DNA of 43,762 bases, from the sequence record SRR22947727_1330; one strand, given 5' to 3'. Under the pieces are notes generated by a model, which saw nothing but the letters and a program-made list of their open reading frames with translations, did not search any database and had not been told where the DNA came from. Each line of letters starts with the position of its first letter. Position 1 is the first letter of the stretch. The position numbers and the translations under genes were made by a program. Shown here one piece after another: positions 9,673-18,106 of this stretch.

Positions 9673-9886
9673 ATATTTTTAGGGGCTTTCAGTTATAAAC
9701 AATTTTAAAAACGCCCATAAATGTGCTTAAGATTCACTAAAACATACCGCTACATTTGAATCACTTATATTTAAAGGAGTTATGTTGTGTGTTTTCTGCT
9801 TTTAAAAAAAGTATCCTCAAAAAATAGCCGCTTGAATAGGTGTTTTTCTGTTAATAAGTTTGTTTCTCAAAAAAGTACAATTAAAA

Positions 9887-9894
9887 TATCTTTG
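9887..9894 (+). promoter_or_regulatory. -7 promoter element for dnaN
   Basis: TATCTTTG ending 60 nt before ATG 9955. Confidence 0.65.
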
Positions 9895-9954
9895 TAGGTA
9901 GTGGTTTAGTAAGACTTTTTGTTCTACCACATTCAATTCATAAAATTAATATTC

Positions 9955-11073
9955 ATGAAGTTTATAGTTTCAAGTGCTTACTTACTCAAACAACTCCAAG
10001 TTTTAGGAGGCGTTATAAACAACAGTAACACACTACCCATATTAGACAATTTCTTGTTCCATTTAGAAGGCAATTCACTTACTGTGTCTGCCTCTGATTT
10101 AGAAACCACCATGCATGCTGTTCTAGAAGTAGAATCTTCAGATAATGGCAGTATAGCTATACCAGCAAGATTATTACTAGACACTTTAAAAACATTCCCA
10201 GAGCAGCCGTTGACCTTTATTAAAGAAGACAACAATACGGTTGAGATAAGCGCTAATAACGGAAAATACGCACTAGCCTATGCAGACGGAAGTGAGTTTC
10301 CTAATCCAGTGAGCTTGTCTAATCCAAGTAAAACAACCATTCTTGGAGACATTTTAGCTACCGCTATTTCAAAGACTATTTTTGCTGCTGGTAATGATGA
10401 TTTAAGACCTGTAATGAGTGGGGTGTTCTTTCAGTTTAATACAGAGAGCCTTACTTTTGTCGCTACCGACGCTCACAAATTGGTTAAATACCAACGAACA
10501 GATGTACAGGCTTCTCAGACGGCAGAATTTATTATGCCAAAAAAACCATTAAATCTCTTAAAAGGGATTTTAGCTGGTTCTGAGTCAGAGGTAACTATTG
10601 AGTACAATGACAGTAATGCCAAATTTAGTTTCGATCAGACAGAGTTGGTTTGTAGGCTAATTGACGGTAAATACCCTAATTACGAAGCGGTTATTCCTAA
10701 GGAAAATCCAAATGTGCTCAATCTTAACAGAAACTTATTTTTAAGCTCTGTGAGAAGGATTGCTATATTTTCAAACAAAACAACGCATCAGCTCAAATTA
10801 AAAGTAGCCGGTGCTGAATTAAATATATCTGCAGAAGATTTGGATTACAGCAACAAAGCAGAAGAGCGTTTGAGCTGTAGCTACCAGGGAGATGACCTCC
10901 AAATTGGCTTCAATTCAAGGTTCCTTACTGAAATGTTGAATAATCTAAATTCAGATGAAATTACACTCTCTATGAGTTTACCTAACAGAGCCGGTATTTT
11001 AACCCCGTCTGATAGTTTAGATCCAGGAGAACACGTTACCATGCTGGTTATGCCGGTCATGCTTAATAACTAA
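9955..11073 (+). CDS. dnaN: DNA polymerase III beta sliding clamp
   Basis: MKFIVSS start, LPILDNFL, ASDLE, VATDAHKL, RLIDGKYPNY, C-terminal LVMPVML. Confidence 0.97.
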   Translation: MKFIVSSAYLLKQLQVLGGVINNSNTLPILDNFLFHLEGNSLTVSASDLETTMHAVLEVESSDNGSIAIPARLLLDTLKTFPEQPLTFIKEDNNTVEISANNGKYALAYADGSEFPNPVSLSNPSKTTILGDILATAISKTIFAAGNDDLRPVMSGVFFQFNTESLTFVATDAHKLVKYQRTDVQASQTAEFIMPKKPLNLLKGILAGSESEVTIEYNDSNAKFSFDQTELVCRLIDGKYPNYEAVIPKENPNVLNLNRNLFLSSVRRIAIFSNKTTHQLKLKVAGAELNISAEDLDYSNKAEERLSCSYQGDDLQIGFNSRFLTEMLNNLNSDEITLSMSLPNRAGILTPSDSLDPGEHVTMLVMPVMLNN

Positions 11074-11094
11074 GCCTAAATAGTTCCTTGTTTG

Positions 11095-11127
11095 AAAAAA
11101 ACGGCCGCTTTTATAGCGGCCGTTTTT
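11095..11127. terminator. Bidirectional intrinsic terminator between dnaN and the DUF4870 gene
   Basis: AAAAACGGCCGCT-TTTAT-AGCGGCCGTTTTT perfect inverted repeat between convergent genes. Confidence 0.9.
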
Positions 11128-11130
11128 ATT

Positions 11131-11469
11131 TTACTTCAGAAATTTAAAGAATGGATAAGAGATGGGTTCCCCATTACTCACTCTAATCGCATTTAATATA
11201 GGATAAACAAGGCCTAAAATCCCAATACCTATTAGGCCTAAAATCCCTAATCCCAATAAAAAAATAGCAGGAATACATATAAGCGCTAAAAGGAAAAGTG
11301 ATATTTGAAAATTAACAATAGCCTTTCCGTGCTCGTCCATTCCTATGACAAGCTCTTTTTGGGTCAGCCATAAAACTACTGGCACTATTAAACCCCCAAA
11401 GCCGGTGACTAAATCTAGCAACTGACTCAGATGGGTGACCATTAATAAGTTTTTGTCTGCTCTCATCAT
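11131..11469 (-). CDS. DUF4870 small membrane protein
   Basis: THLSQL, EHGKAIVNFQIS, C-terminal YP motif; three hydrophobic segments. Confidence 0.8.
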   Translation of the reverse strand: MMRADKNLLMVTHLSQLLDLVTGFGGLIVPVVLWLTQKELVIGMDEHGKAIVNFQISLFLLALICIPAIFLLGLGILGLIGIGILGLVYPILNAIRVSNGEPISYPFFKFLK

Positions 11470-11560
11470 AATTGTATAAATTGGTTAGACTTCTAAAATA
11501 CAAAAAAAGGAACTTACAAAAGGGATTAAACTAATCTAAGCCCACTCCCATTTTTTTAGC

Positions 11561-11568
11561 TAATTTTG
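11561..11568 (+). promoter_or_regulatory. -7 promoter element for mnmE
   Basis: TAATTTTG with only 4 nt between it and ATG 11573. Confidence 0.65.
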
Positions 11569-11572
11569 CGGA

Positions 11573-12970
11573 ATGTCTCATGAAAAAAATATTATTGCCA
11601 TAGCCACACCTGCAGGTGCTGGTGCTGTATCTATCATAAGGGTCTCTGGATCTGACGCATGGTCTCTTGTCGCAGCGCAATTCAAATCTATCAGAGATAA
11701 AGACCTCCTGAAGCAAAAAAGCCACAGCATACATTTGGGGCATATCACAGATGGAGACAAAATAATTGACCAGGTTTTAGTCTCCCTATTTAAAGGGCCT
11801 AATTCATACACAGGAGAAAACGTAGTAGAAATAAACTGTCACGGTTCATCCTATATACAACAAGAAATACTCCAATTGTTCTTAAGAAAAGGATGCGAAA
11901 TGGCAGCCGGAGGTGAATTTACCCTGAGGGCATTTTTAAATGGCAAGTTAGACCTGAGTCAGGCAGAAGCAGTGGCAGATCTAATAGCCTCTGACAATGA
12001 AGCCGCACACCAAATTGCCATGCAGCAAATGCGTGGTGGGTTTAGCTCAGAAATAAAAGCCCTCAGACAAGAATTATTAAACTTTGCCTCACTCATTGAA
12101 TTAGAGTTAGATTTTGCAGAAGAAGACGTAGCCTTTGCAGACCGTGAAGCGTTTAAAGCGCTCTTAGAAAAAATCGCTAAAGTCCTCAGGCAACTCATAG
12201 ACTCCTTTGCTCTAGGCAATGTCATTAAAAATGGGATTCCAGTAGCGATTGTAGGCGCCCCAAATGCTGGGAAATCTACCCTTTTAAATGCGCTATTAAA
12301 TGAAGAACGCGCAATAGTATCTGACATTGCAGGGACTACTAGAGACACCATAGAAGATGAAATTTCTATTGGCGGCATTGGGTTTAGATTTATAGATACT
12401 GCTGGAATTAGAGATACACAAGACCAAATAGAACAATTGGGCATTGCCAAGACATTTGAGAAAATTCAGCAGGCACAATTGGTGGTTTACATGGTAGACT
12501 TAAAAAAGTGTTCAGAAGATTTGGCCGTTATCACGGCCGATGCCGCAGCCCTTCAAAAGCTCAAAGAAACCTATCCCAAAAAACCACTACTGGTCTTAGG
12601 AAACAAAGCAGACCTTATTTCAGCAGACGCAGTAGCGAAGATTAAAGAAACCATCACAGACCTCTCCCCGCTTTCTGCCAAAGAAAAAGAGGGCATTGAA
12701 TCTCTAAAAGAGGCTTTCCTAAATGTAGTACATACCGGAGCTCTGCACAACAACGACACTATTGTTAGTAATTCCAGGCACTATGACGCCTTACTCAGGG
12801 CACAGGAAGAAATTGGCAAAGTACAAGACGGATTGGCGGCAGGCCTGCCCTCTGACCTCATGGCCATAGACATTCGCCAAGCACTGTATCACTTTGGTGA
12901 AATTACAGGAGAAATTAGCTCAGACGAACTACTTGGAAACATCTTTGCTAACTTCTGTATTGGAAAATAG
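11573..12970 (+). CDS. mnmE: tRNA modification GTPase MnmE (TrmE)
   Basis: IATPAGAGAVSIIRVSG, GAPNAGKS, GTTRD, DTAG, NKAD, C-terminal FCIGK. Confidence 0.98.
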   Translation: MSHEKNIIAIATPAGAGAVSIIRVSGSDAWSLVAAQFKSIRDKDLLKQKSHSIHLGHITDGDKIIDQVLVSLFKGPNSYTGENVVEINCHGSSYIQQEILQLFLRKGCEMAAGGEFTLRAFLNGKLDLSQAEAVADLIASDNEAAHQIAMQQMRGGFSSEIKALRQELLNFASLIELELDFAEEDVAFADREAFKALLEKIAKVLRQLIDSFALGNVIKNGIPVAIVGAPNAGKSTLLNALLNEERAIVSDIAGTTRDTIEDEISIGGIGFRFIDTAGIRDTQDQIEQLGIAKTFEKIQQAQLVVYMVDLKKCSEDLAVITADAAALQKLKETYPKKPLLVLGNKADLISADAVAKIKETITDLSPLSAKEKEGIESLKEAFLNVVHTGALHNNDTIVSNSRHYDALLRAQEEIGKVQDGLAAGLPSDLMAIDIRQALYHFGEITGEISSDELLGNIFANFCIGK

Positions 12971-13284
12971 TGTCTTTTTAATTTCCAAATAAATGCAATT
13001 CTGTAAATTCTTTATCTATAGTTATAGCTTGTGTTTCAGCAGTATTTATTTCATTCATTTAATTAACTAAACTTTCAATGAAATTTCTCTTGAACAATAA
13101 TATAAACAATACAATATTGTGAAAAATGATGTGATCTCTTTTCTCGTTTTGCGAATGTTTTTATATGATTTGTGAATCTAATCTTTAAAGGTTTTATAAG
13201 CTCAAATGAAAAATGTATATTTAAATTCGCTAATTCATTTTACCGAAAAAGTTTGGTGCCAATGTTTAAATTAAAGATAGTTGT

Positions 13285-15351
13285 ATGCGCTTAAAAAATA
13301 ATATTGCTATTACTGCAAGCTTGCTCTTTTCACTAAATACAGCTATTGCACAAGTAAACCCCAAAAACGTAGAGATCATTAGAGATACTTTTGGGGTACC
13401 ACATATTTATGCCAAAACAGATGCCGGTGCCGCTTATGGATTGGCTTGGGCCAATGCAGAAGACGACTTTGAAACCATGCAACTGGGCTATTTAGCGGGT
13501 AATGCATTATTGAGCAAGCATCTAGGATTAAAAGGGGCTTCTGCAGATTTTGTGACACAACTCATCAAGGGGGCTTCATTTGTTGAAGCTAATTATGAAG
13601 CACAAGTATCTGAAGATTTCAAAAAAGTGTTGGATGGGTTTTGTGACGGACTCAATGCCTATGCAAAAGCACATCCTAAGGAAGTATTGGTAAAATCTTT
13701 ACTGCCTTTTACCCCTAAAAAATTAATGACCTATACCTATTTACAGCTATTTGTCATGTCAGACGCAGATAAACTGGTCGCTGCTATAGCGAGTAACCAG
13801 ACGCTAGATTTAAGACCAAAAGAAGCTGTTACGGGTTCCAATACCTTTGCTTTTAATGCAACAAAGACCCAAGACGGAAGTGTGTACTTGGCCATTAATC
13901 CGCATCAGCCCCTTGAGGGGCCAACAGGTTGGTACGAGGCCCATTTAAACTCTGAAGAAGGCACCAATATTGTAGGGGCCTTATTTCCTGGTGCCCCTGT
14001 TATTTTAATTGGTTCAAATGATTATTTAGGCTGGTCTCATACCGTGAATAAGCCAGATAAAGCAGATATTTTTGAATTGGAAATGGATCCAGACAAAAAA
14101 GACCATTATATGGTCGATGCCGTATCCTACCCACTTGAAAAATTTAAAGCCAAAGTATTTTTGAAATTTTTAGGTCTGCGAATTGGTGTAAAAAAGAAGT
14201 TTTACCACAGTATATTCGGGCCTACGCTTAAAAATAAAAGTGGGGTGTATGCTGTAAGAACAGCTTCTCTCTTCGGTATGGGTGCTATAGAACAATGGTG
14301 GCGCATGAATAAGGCGCATAATTTTTCTGAATTTCACAAAGCCCTTGAACCCCAACATATTCCTGGATTTAATATCAGTTATGCAGACAGGAATGACACT
14401 ATTTACTATGTGTCAAATGCTAAGTTGCCTATTAGGGCAAAGGGATATGACTGGCAAAAAATAGTCCCTGGAAACACTAAAAAAACACTTTGGAAAGATT
14501 TTTATAGTCTCAAAGATATGCCGCAGCAATTGCAACCAAGTTCAGGCTATGTGTATAACACCAACCACTCCCCTTTCATTTCTGCTGGTCCAGAAAATCA
14601 TTTAGATCCTGATGAATTTAATAAAGACATGGGATTTGAGCGTTTTAACAACAACAGGAGTGCTCGTTTTCAAGAACTCATTAGTGGCTTTGACAAAGTG
14701 AGCTATGAAGATTTTTTAAGCCTTAAATACGATAATCAATTACCTAGCAAACTGCAGTACACCTTCATGAATATAAATGCTTTGTTTGAAATGGATCCGA
14801 CTGCCTATCCGGAGGTAGCATCGCTAGTGACGCGTATTCAAAATTGGGACAGAAAATCAGATCCGGATAGCAAAGGTGCTGGGGCGTATGCAGTATTTTA
14901 CTATTTGGTTAGAAAATATGTGAACCAACAACCCAATGCAACCTTTAGTGAGGCATCTTTGGTTCCAGTACTCTTGGAAGTCAAAGACTATATGAACACT
15001 TATTTTGGCAGTGAAAATATTGCCTTGGGAGATTTTATTAAGGTGGTTAGGGGAGACTTAGAAATGCCCAGTTTTGGATTACCAGATGTACTGACCGCTA
15101 TGCATGGGGCGCCCTATATAGAGGGAAGGCTTAAAGTGACTGCTGGAGAGTCATATATTCAATTGGTTCGCTTCACTAGTGAAGGGGCTAGTATAAGGTC
15201 TATGGTGCCTTACGGAAGTTCTAACAGACCCAATTCACCCCATTATGCAGATCAGTTGCCCTTGTATATGAAGTTTCAAACCAAAGCCATGCCTTTAGAT
15301 AGAGCGTATTGGGAAAAAGAAGCCGCAAGAAAATACCACCCTATTCAATAA
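13285..15351 (+). CDS. Penicillin acylase family (S45) Ntn-hydrolase, secreted
   Basis: Signal peptide; IIRDTFGVPHI; GSN with the nucleophile Ser codon at 13837; NPH motif; SPHYADQ. Confidence 0.9.
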   Translation: MRLKNNIAITASLLFSLNTAIAQVNPKNVEIIRDTFGVPHIYAKTDAGAAYGLAWANAEDDFETMQLGYLAGNALLSKHLGLKGASADFVTQLIKGASFVEANYEAQVSEDFKKVLDGFCDGLNAYAKAHPKEVLVKSLLPFTPKKLMTYTYLQLFVMSDADKLVAAIASNQTLDLRPKEAVTGSNTFAFNATKTQDGSVYLAINPHQPLEGPTGWYEAHLNSEEGTNIVGALFPGAPVILIGSNDYLGWSHTVNKPDKADIFELEMDPDKKDHYMVDAVSYPLEKFKAKVFLKFLGLRIGVKKKFYHSIFGPTLKNKSGVYAVRTASLFGMGAIEQWWRMNKAHNFSEFHKALEPQHIPGFNISYADRNDTIYYVSNAKLPIRAKGYDWQKIVPGNTKKTLWKDFYSLKDMPQQLQPSSGYVYNTNHSPFISAGPENHLDPDEFNKDMGFERFNNNRSARFQELISGFDKVSYEDFLSLKYDNQLPSKLQYTFMNINALFEMDPTAYPEVASLVTRIQNWDRKSDPDSKGAGAYAVFYYLVRKYVNQQPNATFSEASLVPVLLEVKDYMNTYFGSENIALGDFIKVVRGDLEMPSFGLPDVLTAMHGAPYIEGRLKVTAGESYIQLVRFTSEGASIRSMVPYGSSNRPNSPHYADQLPLYMKFQTKAMPLDRAYWEKEAARKYHPIQ

Positions 15352-15508
15352 TAAATAGTTTTTCAATAGGCCATTGATGTGTTGGCGTATGTGCCCCTTC
15401 TAAAAACATGGCGTAGGCCAAATCTAGACTTTCGCCCCAACGAGAGACCAACAAGATTTTTTTCTTGTCTAATAGAGGTTTAATAGACACCTCATGCTTT
15501 TTCTTCAT
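15341..15508 (-). pseudogene. Probable gene remnant; N-terminus resembles PurD-like ATP-grasp proteins
   Basis: 55-aa ORF with KKILLVSRWGESLDLAYA, a beta-strand/helix start that ends abruptly and overlaps the acylase stop. The family resemblance is from memory and unverified. Confidence 0.35.
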
Positions 15509-15683
15509 AAAAAATAGGCCAAGAGCCACTTTAAAATATAGGGTTAAAATTACATATAAACAAGATTCAAATTGAAAATATTAAACCGAGAATAACACAA
15601 AAACTAAGTAAGCGCAACCCCCTATTTTTTTTGTAATTTTACAGCTGCTAGAAAGGACTTTAATTGTCTTTCAAATACAAGGA

Positions 15684-16712
15684 ATGAATATATTAGTTAC
15701 AGGAGCCGCAGGGTTTATTGGTTTTCATGTGTGCCAACAGTTATTGTCGGAAGGCCACTCAGTAGTGGGATTAGACAATATAAATGACTACTATGAAATG
15801 GGCTTAAAATACGCAAGACTAGAAGCATTGGGCATTCCAAATGCATCAGAATTGCCATACAACGAAACGATAAAGACCCATGAAAATCAAAAATTTAGTT
15901 TTGTAAAACTTAACATTGAGGACCGAGAAAATCTTCCGAGTTTGTTTGCTAACCAATCATTTGATATAGTCTGTAATTTGGCTGCACAAGCGGGTGTGAG
16001 ATACAGCATTGAAAACCCTGAAACCTATATAGACAGCAATATTGTAGGCTATTTAAATATCTTAGAAGCCTGCAGACACCACAGCGTTAAACATTTGGTT
16101 TATGCCAGTTCTTCTTCAGTATATGGCTTAAATGAAGACATTCCTTTTAGTACAGAACAGCAGGTAGACAGACCTATTAGCCTTTATGCTGCTTCTAAAA
16201 AAAGTAACGAACTCATGGCCCATACCTACAGCCATTTGTATGGCTTTTGTACTACAGGCCTTCGCTTTTTTACAGTCTATGGCCCATGGGGAAGACCAGA
16301 TATGGCCTTGTTTTTATTCACTAAAGCCATGCTAGAAGACCAGCCAATAGCGGTGTTTAACCAGGGAAATATGTCTAGGGACTTTACCTATATAGATGAT
16401 ATTTGCAAAGGAGTAACCACCATCATTAACGAAGACACTGGGGATAGAGAAAAAGCAAATGCCTATTACAAACTGTATAATATTGGCAACAGTAGTCCGG
16501 TGGCACTCACAGAATTTATTGAAGCCATAGAAGAAGCATTAGGGAAAAAAGCCATAAAAAACCTCCAGCCCATGCAAGCTGGAGATGTAGCCAAAACATG
16601 GGCAGACGTCAGCGGCTTAGAAAAAGATTATAATTACCATCCAAATACCCCTGTAAAAGAGGGTATTAAACAGTTTATAGATTGGTATAAAGAATATTAT
16701 AAAATAGCATAA
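15684..16712 (+). CDS. NAD-dependent epimerase, UDP-glucuronate 4-epimerase-like
   Basis: GAAGFIG, NLAAQAGVRYS, YAASK, FFTVYGPWGRPDMA. Confidence 0.92.
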   Translation: MNILVTGAAGFIGFHVCQQLLSEGHSVVGLDNINDYYEMGLKYARLEALGIPNASELPYNETIKTHENQKFSFVKLNIEDRENLPSLFANQSFDIVCNLAAQAGVRYSIENPETYIDSNIVGYLNILEACRHHSVKHLVYASSSSVYGLNEDIPFSTEQQVDRPISLYAASKKSNELMAHTYSHLYGFCTTGLRFFTVYGPWGRPDMALFLFTKAMLEDQPIAVFNQGNMSRDFTYIDDICKGVTTIINEDTGDREKANAYYKLYNIGNSSPVALTEFIEAIEEALGKKAIKNLQPMQAGDVAKTWADVSGLEKDYNYHPNTPVKEGIKQFIDWYKEYYKIA

Positions 16713-16734
16713 GGGCATTACTTTTTCAAAGTGT

Positions 16735-16742
16735 TACATTTG
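16735..16742 (+). promoter_or_regulatory. Internal -7 promoter element for ugd
   Basis: TACATTTG ending 23 nt before ATG 16766. Confidence 0.55.
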
Positions 16743-16765
16743 CCCCAATAACACCCAAATATAAA

Positions 16766-18094
16766 ATGAACTTAACAGTTATAGGAACCGGATACGTTGG
16801 ATTAGTTAGTGGAACTTGTTTTGCAGAAATGGGAAACAAAGTACATTGTATAGACATAGACCAACAAAAAATTGATCACTTAAAGAATGGGGTTATTCCT
16901 ATTTATGAGCCAGGTTTAGAAGCCATGGTGAAGCGAAATGTAGAGAACAATAGTTTACATTTTTCTACCGATATAGCCGTACAATTACCCACTACAGATG
17001 TGGCATTTATAGCTGTAGGAACTCCCATGGGAGAAGACGGTGCAGCAGATTTACAGTATGTTCTACAAGTAGCCAAGAGCATTGGTACGCACATGACAAA
17101 ACCACTGATCATAGTAGACAAATCTACCGTACCTGTTGGAACAGCAGACAAAGTGAGGAATGCCATTCAAGAGGCACTAGACCTTAGGGGAGAAAATATC
17201 AGTTTTTCTGTAGTATCTAATCCTGAGTTTTTAAAAGAAGGCGACGCCATTGCAGATTTCATGAAACCAGATCGCGTGGTAATTGGTGCAGAAGACCCGG
17301 AGGCTTGTGAAGTAATGAGTAAGTTGTATATGCCTTTTTTCAGAAGTAGTATGGACAGACTCATTACTATGGATGTACGTTCCGCAGAAATGACTAAGTA
17401 TGTGGCCAATGCCATGTTAGCCACTAAAATATCTTTCATGAATGAGGTCGCTAATATTTGTGAATTGGTAGGTGCAGACGTAAATAAAGTGAGGATAGGA
17501 ATTGGTTCTGACAGCAGAATTGGGTATAGTTTTATTTATCCAGGAAGTGGTTATGGCGGTTCTTGTTTCCCTAAGGATGTAAAGGCACTTAGAAAAACAG
17601 CTTTAGAAAACGGCTATGACGCAAGATTAATTGGTGCCGTAGAAGCTGTTAATGAAAGTCAAAAAATGGTGATCGCTAAAAAAGTAGTGGCGCGTTTTGG
17701 CGCAGATCTCAGCGGGAAAACCTTTGCTGTTTGGGGCTTGGCTTTTAAACCAGAAACAGATGACATGCGTGAGGCTCCGGCCATTTATATTATTAAAGAT
17801 CTCGTTAAAAGAGGAGCTAAAATTCAAGCTTTTGATCCAAAAGCAATGGAAGAAGCCCAACACTATTATTTAAAAGACACCCCAAACGTCAGGTACACCA
17901 CAAATAAGTATGAAGCACTAGAAAATGCCCATGCCATGATCTTACTCACTGAGTGGAAAACCTTTAGAGCACCTGATTTTGACGCTATAAAAACAGCCTT
18001 ACAAGACCCTATTGTCTTTGATGGTAGAAACCAATATTCTGACATTGAAATGCAAAAGAGAGGCTTTGAATACTATCAGATCGGAAAAAAATAA
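16766..18094 (+). CDS. ugd: UDP-glucose 6-dehydrogenase
   Basis: GTGYVG, KSTVPVGT, SNPEFLKEG, GYGGSCFPKD, DGRN. Confidence 0.93.
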   Translation: MNLTVIGTGYVGLVSGTCFAEMGNKVHCIDIDQQKIDHLKNGVIPIYEPGLEAMVKRNVENNSLHFSTDIAVQLPTTDVAFIAVGTPMGEDGAADLQYVLQVAKSIGTHMTKPLIIVDKSTVPVGTADKVRNAIQEALDLRGENISFSVVSNPEFLKEGDAIADFMKPDRVVIGAEDPEACEVMSKLYMPFFRSSMDRLITMDVRSAEMTKYVANAMLATKISFMNEVANICELVGADVNKVRIGIGSDSRIGYSFIYPGSGYGGSCFPKDVKALRKTALENGYDARLIGAVEAVNESQKMVIAKKVVARFGADLSGKTFAVWGLAFKPETDDMREAPAIYIIKDLVKRGAKIQAFDPKAMEEAQHYYLKDTPNVRYTTNKYEALENAHAMILLTEWKTFRAPDFDAIKTALQDPIVFDGRNQYSDIEMQKRGFEYYQIGKK

Positions 18095-18106
18095 CGCTAA
18101 ATTCCT

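Noticed and set aside
118-9768. 12-nt direct match TGAATCACTTAT at 118-129 and 9757-9768
   Set aside because: 12-mer matches are expected by chance in 44 kb of AT-rich DNA. It is not part of the tRNA and has no mobile-element context.
9693-9857. DnaA-box-like 9-mers upstream of dnaN (TTATAAACA 9693-9701, TGTTAATAA 9849-9857) suggesting oriC
   Set aside because: Only two imperfect boxes, no dnaA adjacent and no box cluster, which is too weak in AT-rich sequence.
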